From the NCBI RefSeq assembly GCF_009914755.1, contig NC_060946.1: a stretch of 64,000 bases of DNA. One strand, 5' to 3'. Each line of letters opens with the position of its first letter. Positions within the stretch are counted from its first letter, which is position 1. Position numbers and translations under genes: made by a program. Positions 62,601 through 64,000 of this stretch are shown piece by piece. The notes under the pieces are model-generated. The model was not told the origin of the DNA. It saw only the letters and a list, made by a program, of their open reading frames with translations, and ran no database searches. This DNA comes from the human T2T-CHM13v2.0 reference genome, Homo sapiens.

Positions 62601-63519
62601 CAAAAGCCGAGGTCCCGGTGGTCTCTAGGAGGATGTAGAGAACAGGTTGGGGAGGATCTAGAGTGCTAGGGATCTCCAGGTCTTGATTGGAGTAGTGGGT
62701 TTATAATTCAGCAACCCCTACAGATATGTTTGCTGTGCTTTCCTACATATATGTTATTTCATGAAGAAAAAAAAAAACCCTAGCACCCCATCCCCCCACT
62801 CTGCCTTGACCGGCTCAGGGCACAAGCCCCCTAGTGTGCACACCTCTTACCCTGTTGGCCTCAGTGGGGAGCATTGGATGGGGAGCTTCCAGGGCCTGAG
62901 GACAAAGGGATGGCCCACCACTCAGAGGTCCCACCTTTATTCCTTCCTCTGGGGTGTCTCCCTGTCCCAGGTTGTCACATCCCAGCCCCAGCCCCACTGT
63001 GTTCTCTGCGGAGTTTGGCTGTGTTGACCTGGAGCACCCAGTTTCCTGGCTTCCTTGGGTGGCCTTACCTGACCTAGGTCTGTTTCTTACAGAGGGATCT
63101 GCTCTAATGAGCCATTCCAGTGCCCCAGGTTTAATTTAATATCTGGTGGGATAGTCTTGGTCTTCGTCATTTGTTTCTGTCACATGGTCACCTGCTCACT
63201 TACAGTTAGGGGAAAGCTTACAGGGAGTCATGCCTGGGAATGTTTGATTCTATGTGAGAATATCAGTCACATAGCAAGGTGAACTCTTACTCCGTGTCAG
63301 ATGGACATTGGCCATGGAAACCAGGATCCTTGTCCTTATGGAGAGGAGTGCTGAGAGAAGACAGGGAAGTGTGATGAGGGCTGCAGAGCAGGTTGGCAGC
63401 CTGTGGGAACCTGCACTGAGCAAGTCAGACAAGGGAAGGAATGTTTCACTGAAGGCCTGAGGGATGGAGAGGGAACAAGAGGGAAGACACTCAGCCACGT
63501 CTTCATTTCCTTTAGCCCT

Positions 63520-63660
63520 GACAACCATGCTTTATGATAGGTATTATTATTCCCATTTTACAGATGTGGAAACTGAGGCACAGAGGGGTTAAAGAGCCCA
63601 GCCCAAGCTCACTCAGCTAACTTGTGGCAGAATGAGGACTTAAAACTCCAGTCTAGATGA
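63520..63660 (-). mobile_element. MIR
   Basis: CCCATTTTACAGATGTGGAAACTGAGGCACAGAG core. Confidence 0.8.
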
Positions 63661-64000
63661 TTCAGAAGCTGTAAGCAAGGAGGCTGCTACCACAGTCATG
63701 GTCAGGAATGACGGTGGTTTCACTGGTTATGGAACAAGTAGATGTGTGGGCTCAAGAGAGGTACTAATGATAGAATTGATGTTCTATGGACTTAGGGAGG
63801 GATCAGTCAGAGACAACTCGCAGCTTCGGCCTTGATCAACTAGGAGGACTGATTCACATTCACCAAGATGAAGAAACGGGAAGAGCAGATTTGGAGGGAA
63901 AAAGGTCATTCATCTAAATTTGATACATTCTACTTCAGTTAAAAAAAAAAAAAAGAAAGAAATGGGTTGATTGAAAACAAAACAAGATGATTCCATGCCT

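Overview
Human-type (primate) genomic DNA, rich in Alu elements. The + strand carries most of MTMR3 (myotubularin-related protein 3, a PI3P/PI(3,5)P2 3-phosphatase). I mapped 16 coding exons with GT-AG boundaries and consistent phases, from 283 to the TGA at 47146-47148. They encode the PH-GRAM region, the catalytic HCSDGWDR motif, a 1405-nt linker/coiled-coil exon and the C-terminal FYVE domain. The start codon lies upstream of the window. Also present: a 27-nt in-frame microexon inside the FYVE motif, the mirtron-type hairpin MIR6818 at the end of one intron, and an Alu-free 3' UTR of about 4.7 kb with tandem poly(A) signals. The final ~12 kb is repeat-rich with no recognisable protein gene. 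I found no convincing new biological system. The best unexplained structures are two non-Alu inverted duplications (a 153-bp ungapped pair, one arm inserted into an old L1, and a ~48-bp pair), an Alu-derived minisatellite, and several splice or 3' UTR regulatory features. Repeat boundaries and subfamilies were judged by eye and are approximate.
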